Assembly (NCBI RefSeq): GCF_006345805.1
Contig: NC_043004.1
Span: 10,230,001 to 10,294,000 of the forward strand
Reading direction: 5' to 3'
Source: Octopus sinensis
Lineage: Eukaryota
DNA: 64,000 nt
Positions within the stretch are counted from its first letter, which is position 1, and the number at the start of each line of letters is the position of its first letter. The notes below the pieces were generated by a model. That model was not told the origin of the DNA. It saw nothing but the letters and a program-made list of their open reading frames with translations, and ran no database searches. This document shows, one piece after another, positions 25,569 to 38,556 of the stretch. A program made the position numbers and the translations under genes.

Positions 25569-27416
25569 CAGTAGTCCCCCGGTATTAGTGAAAAACCGCA
25601 AATATTGGACGTGGTTCGTTAAAATGCCTATAAATGTCAAAATATAACGTAAAATATCATATATATATAATATTTAATAATAATCTAATGAAAGTTAAAG
25701 CAAAATGTACTGTTATTCACCAACATTGAATGATATTGATTTAAGACAATGATGATGAAAATAATGAACGTAATGACTGCACAGCAAAGAAAACTTAAAC
25801 CTCTTCAGGTGACGCCTCTTCGTCAGGTGTTTCACTACATTCTTCATATGTTTCACCAGTTTCACCACATTGTCGACAGCCTTGTGCTGAATATCTTCAG
25901 GTGAGAAACGCTCGTAGTCCTGGACATATATGGGCACATCTTCTTTCAGCAAGCGATGGGGATTTCTTTTTTTCATGTCTTTAGGAGCAGCGTGGATGAC
26001 TGACAGGCACGTTGCAATCGTGAAGTTACGCCAGTACTCTTATAATTTGAAATTCTCGTCCGATTCCATTGTGTCCACAAGGTGTTGGAGACAGTTTCAA
26101 GTGTAAAGTGCTTTGAAGGTACCTATTACGCCTTGATCCATAGGCTAGAGGAGGGAGGTGGTGTTGGCAGGGAGGAACTCGACTTGAACTCCCTCGTGAT
26201 CCAAATCCAAAAAGTGACCACCAGTGTTATCCATAATTATCAACATCTTAAATTCCATGCAAACATTTGGGAGGTATTCCATGAGGGCTGAAGCGCTGGT
26301 GGGACCAATTCAAAATTAGACTTTTGGTAATCCAGGCCTTGGGGTTGTGCATCAGGTGGACAAGCAGCAAATGTTTATTCTTAGGTTTGAAGGCCCTCAG
26401 GTTCGCAGACTTGTAGATAAGTCCTGGTTTCATCATGAAGCCGACAGCATTTCACACATAATTAGTATCATTCTGTACATCTGTGCCTTAAATGTTGGGG
26501 ATCTGGCTTCGTCCTTCATGATGTACGCTCTGGAAGGCATCTTCTTCCAGAACAAGCCAGTCTCGTCGATACTGAAAGCCTGTTCCGGCTTGTATCCCTT
26601 GTCCTTGGTGATCTACCTGAAGGTCTTGAGGTACTTCTCGGCAGCGTTTTTGTCGGCTGATGCTGTTTCTCCATGTGGAGAAACACACTTTATTTTAAAT
26701 CAATTCTAGAAACAATCAAACCATCCCTTACTGGTTTGAAAATCTTCGGGATCCGGTGCTGTCGATGGTCTAGGTTGCAGTTCTTCGGTGCCCCCTGCTC
26801 CGCCTCCTCTGTCGATCTGCTGTTATAATTTTTGCGCTTTCTCGCAGATGATGTTACCGCCCAAGGGGATGTTTTTCTTCTCGCAGTCACTGATCATCAA
26901 TGTCAAGGCAGATTCCATCCTGACAATGTGCTTATTTCTCACTATCGTTATCTTTTTGGCACATTCACAGAAACTTACTGCTACGGTAGTTCTGATCGCC
27001 ACCTCATTCTTCTTTATGTAGCGTATGGTGCTTTCGTTGACAACATAACAGCGACCTACTGCAGCATAACATTTACCTTCCCGGAACACATCCAGCAGTT
27101 GCGCCTGCTCATGGAGCGTCATAACCTCTTTCTGGTGCTTAAGTTCACTGCCAGAAGTCTTAGAAGGTGTAGGGCGTTTGGGCGGCATCTTAGGGCTTTA
27201 ATAACGCGCCAAAAAAAACACAGCACTCGACAAAATACTGGAGATAGCTACTGGAAGCAATTTTTCAAAAAAAAACAAAAAAAACAAAAAAAAACAAGAA
27301 AAAAGTCTTCTTTGCGTCTAATATGCGCATACAACCAATGGGTGATTAAGCAGGGATTAAAAATAATCATGGTTTTGAATTTAGTCTGTATTACCACAAG
27401 ATACAGTAATCTATAC

Positions 27417-27486
<70 letters not shown>

Positions 27487-27502
27487 TTAATAATAATAAT
27501 AA

Positions 27503-27544
<42 letters not shown>

Positions 27545-27957
27545 AGAAAGTAACCTAATTTCAATGAAACTGTATTGGCTCACGACCTTAAAAATTATCC
27601 TGTTGAAATAAACATTGTGTATGATCAAATGTAGCGATGATTTTAAAAAAGTGCGCTGGTAGTCGCTTAACTAATTGGCAAGCATTGATTGAAAGCAGGA
27701 ATAAGAGATACGAGATACAGTGTACTTGTATCTAAAAAAAATCAAGCGACGTGATGTGTGGCTATTCTAATCAGCGAAGGGGCTTCAAGTAAACTGGCAA
27801 ATACGGTATATCATTATTAATAGTTTAGCCTTAAAACTGAAAAAAATATATATTGCCACGAAAAATGTCATATAAAATGCGGACGATGTTTACGATTCCG
27901 CGAATATACAATGGCTTCTGCGAACAATTATTAGTTTCGCGAATAAGCGGTGGTACA

Positions 27958-27960
<3 letters not shown>
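25569..27960 (-). mobile_element. Tigger/pogo-family DNA transposon (~2.4 kb)
   Basis: TIRs CAGTAGTCCCCCGGTATT / AATAAGCGGTGGTACACTG|TA enclosing a decayed transposase. Confidence 0.8.
25880..27188 (-). pseudogene. Tigger/pogo transposase (HTH-psq, CENP-B HTH, DDE), disrupted
   Basis: MPPKRP...VNESTIRYIKKNE...EKAQKL; LHGETASAD; IDETGLFWKKMP; KAWITK; QPMDQGVI. Confidence 0.92.
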
Positions 27961-27994
<34 letters not shown>

Positions 27995-28003
<9 letters not shown>

Positions 28004-28466
28004 AAACGGACCAGCGGAAAGGCAGGTTAGGTATCGCATATTTGAGGACATTTCTGCTGCCTTCTATACGGTCGATTATCACAAGTATGTTTATTCATAA
28101 CATTAAAGTGACCAATTCAACGGAAAGTATACCAATTTACAATACGCATGGCGGCTACGTGTTGCATGAACCTCTTGAGGGCGCCATTCCAAGTGTTGAC
28201 CATTAACCTCCTTAGGAAACGCTGAAATTGTTCAACTCATTCTCTTCCTATACGTTTATATGTGTGCTTCATTCTATGGCCTCATTCGCAAGTGTATGGT
28301 TCTAATCTGCGCTGGGCTGAAGAGTACGGTATTGAAATCAGAAGAGCATTGCGCGAACGCGGTAGCCGAGGTAGGGCTGCAAAATTTTCTCAGGTGAAAC
28401 GCCTAATCTTTCGGCAGTTGAATGGTAATTTATTAAGACCCGTGCAACGTCGGGTACTACGGCTAG
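27995..28466 (+). mobile_element. Non-autonomous Helitron
   Basis: Canonical 3' end: hairpin ACCCG-TGCAACGT-CGGGT (28438-28455), then CTAG|T at 28463-28467; 5' end merges with (TA)n. Confidence 0.75.
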
Positions 28467-28477
28467 TGTGTGTGTGT

Positions 28478-28697
28478 TGCTCCAGTTCACTCAACTGTAG
28501 AAATGAGTTGCGACGTCACAGGTGCCAAGCTGTATCGACCTTTGTCTTTCCCTTGGATAACACTGGTGGCGTGGAGAGGGGAGGCCGGTATGCATGGGCG
28601 ACTGCTGGTCTTCCATAAACAACCTTGCCCGGACTTGTGTCTAGGAGGGTAACTTTCTAGGTGCAATCCCATGGTCATTCATGACCGAAGGGGGTCT
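28478..28697 (+). mobile_element. Family-B SINE, 5'-truncated
   Basis: Near-identical to the reverse complement of 25187-25410. Confidence 0.85.
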
Positions 28698-28793
28698 TTA
28701 TATATATATAACAAAGCGAAGTTGTAAGGTTCCGCATGAGTGGAATTATATATGAAAGAAGGTTTGAAAATGCAATTTTAAAAGATGCTTATT

Positions 28794-28837
28794 CACTTGA
28801 TCGGTTTCACTTCTTTACAAAAAGATTGTCAAAAGTA
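28794..28837 (-). ncRNA. Degenerate minimal hammerhead ribozyme motif (U3-A8 core)
   Basis: TACTT TTGACAA TCTTTTTGTAAAGAAGT GAAA CCGAT C AAGTG; the 10.1-11.1 pair and the helix III palindrome each carry a mismatch. Confidence 0.45.
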
Positions 28838-30166
28838 GCATGTAAAAGCTTTGTTGTGTTAGGTACTGGTTGTCACAAAATATTACAATACATATATACA
28901 TTCTTTGATAATAATAAGAACATGTTAAAAACAGTTTACAAGGAAAAATCTTGGGAAAATATTAAAAAGTTCATTAAAATATTAGGTACAAAAAATTACA
29001 ATGCATATATACATTTTTTGATAATACTATACATTCTTTGATAATAATAAGAAAATGAAAGTAAATATATATCTAAATCTATATATGCACATATATATAT
29101 ATGTAAATGTATATATGCACAACAAACACATTTTACAGTGTCTCTGTAATTATGTCTTTATATAGTGTATGATGCATTTTGTGTTGCATGTTACCATACA
29201 ATGCGCTTTATATGTACAGAAAATATACAGGATATCACAGATTTAGATCCCCAAGCAATAATCAAACACCCACCTTCACAATAATAATGACAACAAAATC
29301 CTAATAAAAAAAGAAAATGAAAGTAAATTGCCAATAACATTTTAAAACGCAGATTTGTAATAAAAACATACATAATGCATACAGAAAAACAAATGTAGAA
29401 GCATAACAAGAGTCAAACAGAAATCAAGAGAAAATACTAAATATTTTTTATTAAACAAATATTCCGTTAATATTAATAAATTAGAACACATTCCTTGTTT
29501 ATATTTCTATAAGCAGGGTTATTGAACTATATAACTCCCACACTCTCTCTTTATATATATATATACATACATACATACATACATACATACATACATACAT
29601 ACATACGTACATACATACATACATACATACGTACATACATACATATATACATACATACATACATATATACATACATATACATATATATACACACATATAT
29701 ATATAAATAAATATGTATGTATATAAATATATATACATATATATATATACATATATATATATAAACATATATATATAAACATCTATCTTTACATATATAT
29801 GTACATTTAAATATTTTATATATCTATCTATCTATCTGTGTCTAGATACACATACGCATACGTATATCCTCTCACATATAAACTTTTATACATACATACA
29901 TACACACTTATATATGTGGATCTAAGATCTAAAAAGTATTTGAATGTGTGGGAAGATAAGTTTTTAGCTTGGCCCTTATTTATTACATATTCATATAAAA
30001 TCATATTTTGTATATACGTATGCATAAGTACATACATACACATATATACGTACGTATATGTATATGTATATATAAATATATATATATCCGCCTACTTATC
30101 TATTTGTCTGTCTATCTTTTTTCTGTCTCTCTCGCTCTCTTTCTTTCTCCTCCGTCTGTGTGTATA

Positions 30167-30207
<41 letters not shown>

Positions 30208-30240
30208 CATATGAATGTATACATACATATATATATATAT

Positions 30241-30308
<68 letters not shown>

Positions 30309-30770
30309 AATGCATATATTTAATACTATATCTATGTATATGAATATGTGCGCACGGGCCCAAACACACATATTCATATATATTATTTAGAATTATTTCC
30401 TTGTTTGGTTACGTAAAAATAGCTTAACGCAAAAGGTAGGAAAAAAATGCATGTAGAAAAATACAAACAATTGATATGTAAGAAGATTACAATAAGAACA
30501 ACAACAACAACAATTAATGATGATAATGCTGCTGCTGCTGATGATGATGATGGTAGTGGTAGTGATGAATATGATGATGATGATGATGAAGACGAGGAAA
30601 AAGAAGATGATGGAAGTTGCTGAAGGTAGTGGTAAAAGGCAAGGCAGCAAACAGAAAGAAATAATTATGTCTCAAAATATACCAAGTAGAATAAATAACG
30701 TAATATAATAAACTCTCTCACATACATACTCTAAAAGAAACCTGCATATATATATATATATATATATATA

Positions 30771-30968
30771 CGTGGGCTACTGAAAAGTTCTGGTTTTAAG
30801 GGTATCGCGAAAGTCCTAGCTGGAGGCCCAACCATCCGAGTTCTTTTACAGGGCTTTCAAAGACTGAAGTACCGCTACAGTAAGTGTGCGAATGCGATAG
30901 TGGAGTTTGTTGAATAATATTATAATTAACTAATCCTCCTGTAGTTTCTTTTACCCAAAGCCAGCATA
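30771..30968 (+). mobile_element. mariner-type MITE, right end truncated
   Basis: TA|CGTGGGCTACTGAAAAGTTCTGG homologous to the 24049 TIR; interior colinear. Confidence 0.7.
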
Positions 30969-30971
30969 TTA

Positions 30972-31007
30972 TTTCTTTTGAAGAGCGAAGGCTCGAAACG
31001 TAAAAGA
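30972..31007 (+). ncRNA. Hammerhead-like motif, non-canonical core family (same as 44505 and 59075)
   Basis: TTT CTTTTGAA GAGC-GAAG-GCTC GAAA CG T A AAA; sits in a terminal repeat running to ~31100. Confidence 0.4.
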
Positions 31008-31108
31008 CTTTCTCACTTTCCCGAGCGTCAAACTAATACACCTGCTTGTTGTTCATACACCTGCCTTCGTCTTTTGTTTTTCTGTAAATTTCAACTTTAT
31101 ATATATGG

Positions 31109-31152
<44 letters not shown>

Positions 31153-31214
31153 CAAACTTTCATACAAACACGAACTCAAATTTCCTAAAATTGCAATATT
31201 TTCACCAATTCCTC

Positions 31215-31248
31215 AGTCATGATTAGCAAAATGCGAAACCGGTACACT
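31215..31248 (+). ncRNA. Minimal hammerhead ribozyme motif with A3-U8 core
   Basis: AGTC ATGATTA GCA-AAA-TGC GAAA CCGGT A CACT; palindromic helix III ACCGGT, GUA triplet. Confidence 0.65.
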
Positions 31249-31317
31249 ATAATAATTTTCTATCTTATAAAATACATTGAAAATATATAAATTTTGAACA
31301 TTTTCCTTCTTTTGTCA

Positions 31318-31398
<81 letters not shown>

Positions 31399-31429
31399 TT
31401 ACATACATATACGATGACTATAATGCAGA

Positions 31430-32330
31430 AGAGAACGCAGCTTTAATAACAGACATAGGCCTTTCCAATTACACGTGTTGGTAGAGTAATTTTTCCTCTG
31501 AAGTAACTCTTCTGTTTGATTTTCATAGCGGGCAAATAGTGGGTTCGAAATAGAAAAAAACGTGCCATCATTGGCAAAGGCTTACAGGTCGTTTACTGGG
31601 CTGCACCATTGACAAGAACTATGAGCACAGGCGGATGGAGAAGTTCAAAGGAGACAAAAAGAACATTGTCATCTTGTATTCACAGACACATATCACTAAC
31701 AAGTAGACAAATTGATTCACGCTGACTGACGAGCAAACTCTTATATGAACTTGCTACACAACTTGACTGAAACCACATTGTTTTACAGAAGATGGTAGTA
31801 AACTTCTGGTATTGGAATGTGTGTGTAGAATGGACTCCTGGGAAATTGGCACCCTATTTGAAGGAGAGATAGCGGAAACTTCTTCTAATCTGCTTGAAAT
31901 GTTTGAAGCCATTAGCGACGCGTTTTTTTTTACCCCGATACAGTGACAGGCAAAGAATCGTAGTCATGAGTTTATGATCAAGAAATGAAGGCTCAGTACA
32001 TGAAATGGTGCTACATCGATACTATAGAGCCTAAGAAGTTCAAAAGACAATGACCGTCTCAAAATATTCATGGAGACTGCTTTTGATAATGACAAGAGCC
32101 TCATTCTTTCTCCTTTTTTTTTAAACATTAGTTTGAAAGATAGCTGTACTGTGAAAAGCGAGCGCTACATTGAGCCACTCAGAAGTTCCTAGTAGGTGTC
32201 GTTGATTTTAAGTTTGAAACTAGTTCGGGGCTCCATTCTTGTAGGAGGTTGCCTTATCCAAGATCTCTTTATCGGAAGTGAGAGAGAGAGAGAGAGAGGA
32301 GATTTCTCTGCTTATAACTTAAGCGATATT
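31430..32330 (+). pseudogene. Decayed mariner transposase
   Basis: Patch DTVTGKE...YDQEMKAQYMKW...PKKFK resembles the IVTGDETW..YDPE.K.QS.EW...PKKFK region of mariner transposases. Confidence 0.55.
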
Positions 32331-32779
32331 CTTGAATACTAGCGTGATACAAGATCCTTCTGTAATGTATTTGAGTTACGAATTTTGTTTCCCAAAGTGC
32401 TTAAAATAATCAATACTAAGGTTTAGTGTGACTTCCATAGAATTGACTACTCTAAGATTAACAGCAGGATTTGAATCCCTCTCTCCGTCTATATATAAGT
32501 GCGTATCTATGTGTGTATCTGTGCGTTTGTGTATATATATACTTTTTCTAAACGGCCTTCACTTTTAGATTTATTTCCCAGCTTATTTGTTTAATAAACC
32601 TTAGTTACTTTCGCATATTTATATAAACCACGTGCAGATGCAATTGCATAAAGGCATGTCTATGTGTGTATATGAGCGCTCGTATGTGCGTACGTGTCAG
32701 TGGCTTTCGTAATGTAAGTACGTGTGTGTATATATATATACATATACATATATATATACATACATACATGCATACATAC

Positions 32780-32856
<77 letters not shown>

Positions 32857-33877
32857 ATGTATGTATATATATATATATATACACATTTATATGTATACGT
32901 AATACACACACGCGCTGCACATATACGCTCACAAACACACACACACACGTATTGGTATTAGTAACTTTGCATGTCTCTTTAATGCGCATCTATATGCACG
33001 AATAACCACCCGCAAATGTGTATGTTACTATGTATTGGGGTGTGCGTGTGTGTGTTGCATATATTTATGTTTGTGTATAAACACGCGCCTTTATGTGTGC
33101 GTGTGCCGAAAGTGTGTGTATGCCTGCGTTTATTAGTGTCTATTCGTGTTCTGTTGGTTTCTAGCTTTACTTATCTGTAGGTGCTATACAAACAAGGAGG
33201 GAAAAACAGCATCGGTGAAAAAAAAAAAATCATGGACGACAATAACTGTGATGGGGATAAAAAAAAAATCTTCCAAATGTCAGTTGTGTATAAGAAACGT
33301 TATTTTGCTATTTTTTTGTTTTTGCTTTCCTTCCTCCAATATGGCGGAAGAATATAGATATTGCAAGTGGATTTAGGAGGGAAAAAAGGATAATGAAGAA
33401 GGATGAAAAGGGAAAGGATATTGAAAAATTGGTAATAAAAATGTGAGAGTATAAAAAAAAAAGACAGCTAGAGAATTAGGGAATGAAAATATAAAATGAA
33501 AGAAATAAAATGTTAAATTGTTAGAAGGATGAATAGTATTAAGGTAGAAGAGAAAAATTAAAGAAGGAAAATAGAGAAGAAAAATATGCAATTGAGAAAT
33601 GGGTTAAGATAAAAGTGAACTGAAAGGGAGTGCTTTTGGTGAGGATGAGGAGAAAAATCCAAGAGAAGTGAAGAAACGAATGTGGAAGGGATAGATATAG
33701 AGTGTTCGGTTGTAAGGTGAGTGATGAATGAGGAACTGTTGAAGGGAAAAAAATATTTCTGAAAAATAGGTTGGAAAAAGAAATAGCAAGAAGGTACAGT
33801 TAGAGAAAGAGCAAAACAGCGAGGGAGTAAGAAGAGAAAGAGAGAGAGGTGGGGAGAGGCAGAGAGACAGACAAGAC

Positions 33878-33949
<72 letters not shown>

Positions 33950-33958
33950 GAGAGAGAA

Positions 33959-34029
<71 letters not shown>

Positions 34030-34289
34030 TTGATAGGAAGGGAATGAAAATGAAAGAAGTGGAAAAACAAAATATAGTGAGATGCAAAAGGAAGAAAGTA
34101 ACGATAATAAAGGTTAACATATCGGAAAGGAAATGAAAAATGAACAAAAAAAAATACTGAGAAAATGGTTGGAAGATTAAGAAAAAAAGGAAAGAGTGAT
34201 AGCAGAAAAATCAGAAGAAAATGAAGGCAATGGAGAAAAAGGTGAAAGAAAAATAATGATAATAATAATATTAATACTAAATCCTACCT

Positions 34290-34990
34290 AGAAGACTGAA
34301 AGAGATTAAGATTGAAACTAACATTGTCGACCCGCAGAAAAGTACCATCTTATATTCTACAAGAGCCCCAAGAAAGATTCTCTACAATAAAATTCTCCAG
34401 AAATTCTCAGGGTCACCAGAGGAACCCCACACACATCCTAGTAACCTCGGACCGCCAGGGACACCTCAGCAGATGCCTCTCTCCTTCTCAACTCCCAGGG
34501 CTTACAAGCGCATGCGCAGATACGCTTGTAAGCCAGAGGAGTGAGCCCATTCACGTGGTCCATCCTACATTCACCCACGTTGCAACAAAACTATTTGTGG
34601 TGGGCGTGGGGAACACTTCCTTCTCCTCCCTCACTTTTCTTTTCAAGTGGAATTTGAAAAAGTCAATGTGGGCTTGGCTGACGTGGAAGGTATCTGCCTT
34701 CAGTCCTTCCAACCTCGTCCACCACACTACCTTCTTCATCATAGCCACCAGACAGAGGAAAACTGCCTTCCCTTTCCAGCCAAAAGATGGTGGTGGAGCG
34801 ATCTTCACGATGGACGAGGATGATAACCAGATCCGTCCTATACGCATCAACAGCTGTTTGACAAAGACACACAAGTCAGCAATGCCTGGACATTGGACGT
34901 GTGCATTCAGAGCAGTTTCGTCGCCCTGCACTCATTTCGGACGGAGCAGTCTGTAACTGTAGAGCTTATCTCGAACCGGTAGAGCTTCCT
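34290..34990 (-). pseudogene. Tx1/L1-clade LINE ORF2 C-terminal fragment
   Basis: Decayed CCHC knuckle (QGDETALNAHVQCP), then KIAPP..F...G...FLCLVA..K.VVWWTRLEGL...FFKFHLKRKVR. Confidence 0.65.
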
Positions 34991-35079
34991 AGTAGAAATA
35001 CTTGCCTGGTCAAAGGTTTCTGGAAGTTATCCATAGGCTCCAGGCTGAATGTTCTCCGGAAGAGATTAGCTAAATGATC

Positions 35080-35520
35080 CATGCATTAGACCTGAAATTT
35101 TAAGGGATGGAAAAGTCAATTATATCGACGCCAGTGATCAACTGGTACTTACTTTATTGACCCAGAAAGGATGAAAGGCAAAGACAACCTGGACGGAATT
35201 TGAACTCAGAACTTGAAACCGAAAGAAATGCTGTTAAGCATTTTGTACGGCTGGCTCACGGTTCTGCCAGCTCACCACCTTGTTAATGATAATAATGATG
35301 ATGATGATAATGATGATAATGATGATGATAGCTTCTAATATAGGCACAACGCCAGCTGTTTTGAGGGGATGGGACGGCGATATTATCGATCCTGTCTGGC
35401 ACTTTACATTATCGACCTCATAAGGATATAAGAACGTATAGTTGATCTCGGCGGGATTTGAACTCAGAACGTAAAAAAAAAGAGAAAAAGAGCCGGAAGA
35501 AATACCGCAAAGAAATACCG
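35080..35520 (-). mobile_element. Two family-A SINE copies
   Basis: Consensus matches ending CTGCCAGCTCACCACC (35282) and GAACTCAGAACGTA (~35470). Confidence 0.75.
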
Positions 35521-35743
35521 ATGCTGTGAAGATTTTGTCATGGGGTTGAGGTGGGGATGAGGCGGTGACTGGGTAGAAAACCGAGAAGAAAGAAGAGAAA
35601 GAAGGCTAACACGAAATAGAACAAAACGAAAAAAAAAATGGAATTCTACTACCTCCTTCCCAACCTTCCCTCTCCTCCCAATCCCCAACTCCTCCTCTTA
35701 CTACTATAACAACAATCACAACAACAACAACAACAAACACCGT

Positions 35744-35930
35744 GGAGGCGCAATGGCCTAGTGGTTAGGGCAGCGGACTCGAGGTCGTAAGAATGCGGTT
35801 TCGATACCCAGACCGGGCATTGTGAGTGTTTGTTGAGCAAAAACACCTAAACTCTACGTGACTCTGGCGGGGGAGGATGGTAAACCCCACTGTACTTTTT
35901 CGTCACAACTTTCTTCAACTCTTTACTCCT
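35744..35930 (+). mobile_element. tRNA-derived SINE head (family D)
   Basis: GGAGGCGCAATGGCCTAGTGGTTAGGGCAGCGGACTCG...GTTTCGATACCC; A and B boxes present but no complete cloverleaf. Confidence 0.75.
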
Positions 35931-36322
35931 ACTTCTACCACAAAGCAGAGCAACCATGGTGTAACCCACTATGGTGTGGTAAACTTTCAGACCCTAGTCT
36001 AGATTGCGAATCCTCTGTACCCCAGGAAGGTTCGGCTCTCCACCCGTTAAAAGCCACAGTTTACGGAATGAGGATAACAACGTAGCTTTCGCACCCGTGC
36101 AACCGCCAGTCTATCACGTGTGGTGGGTGGATCTTCAAGTTGCCGCACACATTCTTAGTAGCTTAGAGTAGGCTCGAATTAGAGATTATTCTTTGTGGCT
36201 AATGGCGTGAGTCCTGATTGGAAGAAGAAGAGAAGGAGGAGAAGAAGACGAAGAAGAAGACAGTAACCGCCACCATTACCACGACGACGACGACGATATC
36301 CGCCATACAACCACCACCTCCT

Positions 36323-36369
<47 letters not shown>

Positions 36370-36566
36370 GTAGCTGCTGCAGGTGACATGATATTGATGA
36401 TTAATTGATCCTAATGTTCTTATTGTACAGAGATGACTATTTCATACACGAGTTGCTGTTAGTGATAACTAGTTGATGACTTGCTGATAAAGATGGCTTA
36501 CTGACATTGATGGTTTATTCTTAGAGATGGTTTGTTGTTAATGATGCCATGCTGATAGTGAAGGCT

Positions 36567-36720
36567 TGTTGAAAGTGATGACTTGTTGATGGTTATTGAT
36601 TGTGATCACTTGTTGAAAGTGATGACCTGTTGATGGTTATTGTTTGTGATCACTTGTTGAAAGTGATGACTTTTTGATGGTTATGAATTGTGATGACTTG
36701 TGGAAAGTGATGACGGGTTG
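36567..36720 (+). repeat. 44-bp minisatellite, ~3.5 copies, within a ~15-bp TGATGACTTGTTGA-like array (36440-36840)
   Basis: Units start at 36567, 36611, 36655, 36699. Confidence 0.9.
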
Positions 36721-36854
36721 AAACTGCCGACTTGTAGAAATAATGACTTGCTGACACAAGTGATTTGTTGATAGCGATGACTTGATACACGTGACGTGAT
36801 GGTGATGACTTACGGAAACTGATGACTTGCTGATATATAAGAGATTATTTGCTA

Positions 36855-37560
36855 ATAACGGATTTCAAATTTTGGCACAAAGCCAGCAAGGTCAGAGGGG
36901 GGGGTGAGTCGACTACATTGACCTCACTGTTCAATTGATTCTTATTATATCGAACCCGGAAGGATGAAAGACAAAGTCGACCTCGGCAGAATGTGAACCC
37001 AAAACCTAACGATGGACGAAATGCTGCTAAGCATTTTGTCCGCCGTGCTAACGATTCTGCCAGCTCACTGTTCAATTACGTTGTCATTATTAGCAAATAA
37101 AAGGTAGCTAGCTAGCAGAATCGTTAACACACTGGACGAAATGCTTAGCGGTGTTTCGCCCGTCTGCACATTCTGAGTTCAAATTCCGCCAATGTTGACT
37201 TTGCATTTCATCTTCCCGGGGACGATAAATTAAGTACCAGTCAAGTACTGGGCTTGATGTAATCTACTAGCCCCTCCCACCAAAATTTCAGGCATTGTGC
37301 CTAGAATAGAAAGGTTTATTAGTAAGTAAATAACTGGATGTATCGTTAGCAACCGGGAAAAATACTTAGCGGTATTTCGTCTGCCGTTACGCATATATAT
37401 ATACATGTGTGTGTGTGTGTGAATGTGCTTGTCCCTTACCATCGCTTTACAGTCAAAGTTGGTTTGTTTGCGTCGTCGTGATTTGCGGTATTCGGCACAT
37501 GAGTTCGATAGAATAAGTATTAGAATTTATCGAAATAAGGACCGGTATCGATCTGTTCGA
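36855..37560. mobile_element. SINE cluster (family A minus, family A plus, further fragment)
   Basis: Consensus matches in both orientations. Confidence 0.75.
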
Positions 37561-37814
37561 CTAAATCCTTCAAGACGGTTTCTCAGCGTGGCATAGTTCG
37601 ATAACTGAAATAAGAAAAAGGTAAACATAAAAATAATTAATTAAAGGTATTAATTAACTCCTTGTCTTTCATTCGGAGAATGAAGTAGTTGAAGACTTCG
37701 TCTATGAATTGTTTGTTTTTTTTGTAGACGTTGCTAATGTCCGCGCTTCCCTGATTGTCGTTGGGTTTGATTCAGCTTGTTTTCTTATATTAGTATTCTT
37801 ATTGTATAATGATA

Positions 37815-38556
37815 CTTTTAGGCACAAGGCCTGAAATTTAGGGGAAAGGGGCTAGTCGATTAGTTCGTCCCCAGTGCACAATGTGGAGACTTTCTAACTA
37901 GAAAGGGTATGGCCTGGTCAGCCTGTAATGACATGCATAAGATCTGGTCATCAAATCTAAGTAGAGACTTCAAACTTGAAATCTCCAAAGCCACAGTCGA
38001 ACCAATTCTACTATATGGCTCAGAAACCTGGACGCTATCAAAGAAGCTTGAGAGGCGGTTGGATGGAACCTACACTCACCTCCTTATGAGAGCTCAAAAT
38101 CTCTCGTGGAAGCGCCATCCAACCAAAATGCAAATATATGGGAAACTATCACCTGTGTCATCTCTTGTGAAAGGTAGGAGAGTCCAGTTTGCTGGACATT
38201 GTTGTAGAGCTGAAAAAGAAGTAATTTCTACTCTTCTCCTCTGGAAGCCATCTACTCGCAATACCAGAGGGCACACACTCTCCTACCCTGATGAAATCTC
38301 CAGGGATACAGGCATCCAGCAACAGGACCTCCGTAATGCCATGATGGACCGTGAAGTCTGGCGTAGCATGGTAAATTCCATTGTCTCGGCCACGGTCGAA
38401 CAATGATGATGATGAATGCACAATGTGTACTTATTTTATTGACCCCGAAGGATGAAAAGCAAAGTCGACCTCTGCGGATTTTGAACTCAGAACGTAAAGA
38501 TGGACGAAATGCCGCTAAGTATTTTGTCAGGTGTGCTAACGATTCTGCCAGTTCGC
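37815..38556 (-). mobile_element. Family-A SINE split by an RTE insertion
   Basis: SINE sequence ...CCCCAGTGCACAATGTG resumes as TGCACAATGTGTACTTATTTT... after the LINE. Confidence 0.85.
37886..38416 (+). mobile_element. 5'-truncated RTE-clade LINE with (TGA)n tail and 11-bp TSD
   Basis: ORF 37909-38406: VEPILLYGSETWTL...RRVQFAGHC...MMDREVWR; TSD TGCACAATGTG at 37875-37885 and 38417-38427. Confidence 0.92.

Noticed and set aside
35744-35820. tRNA gene
   Set aside because: A and B boxes are present, but there is no complete acceptor stem or cloverleaf and it continues into SINE body; the same holds for the other SINE heads.
36567-36720. CRISPR-like array
   Set aside because: Contiguous tandem units without unique spacers; no cas genes; eukaryotic context.
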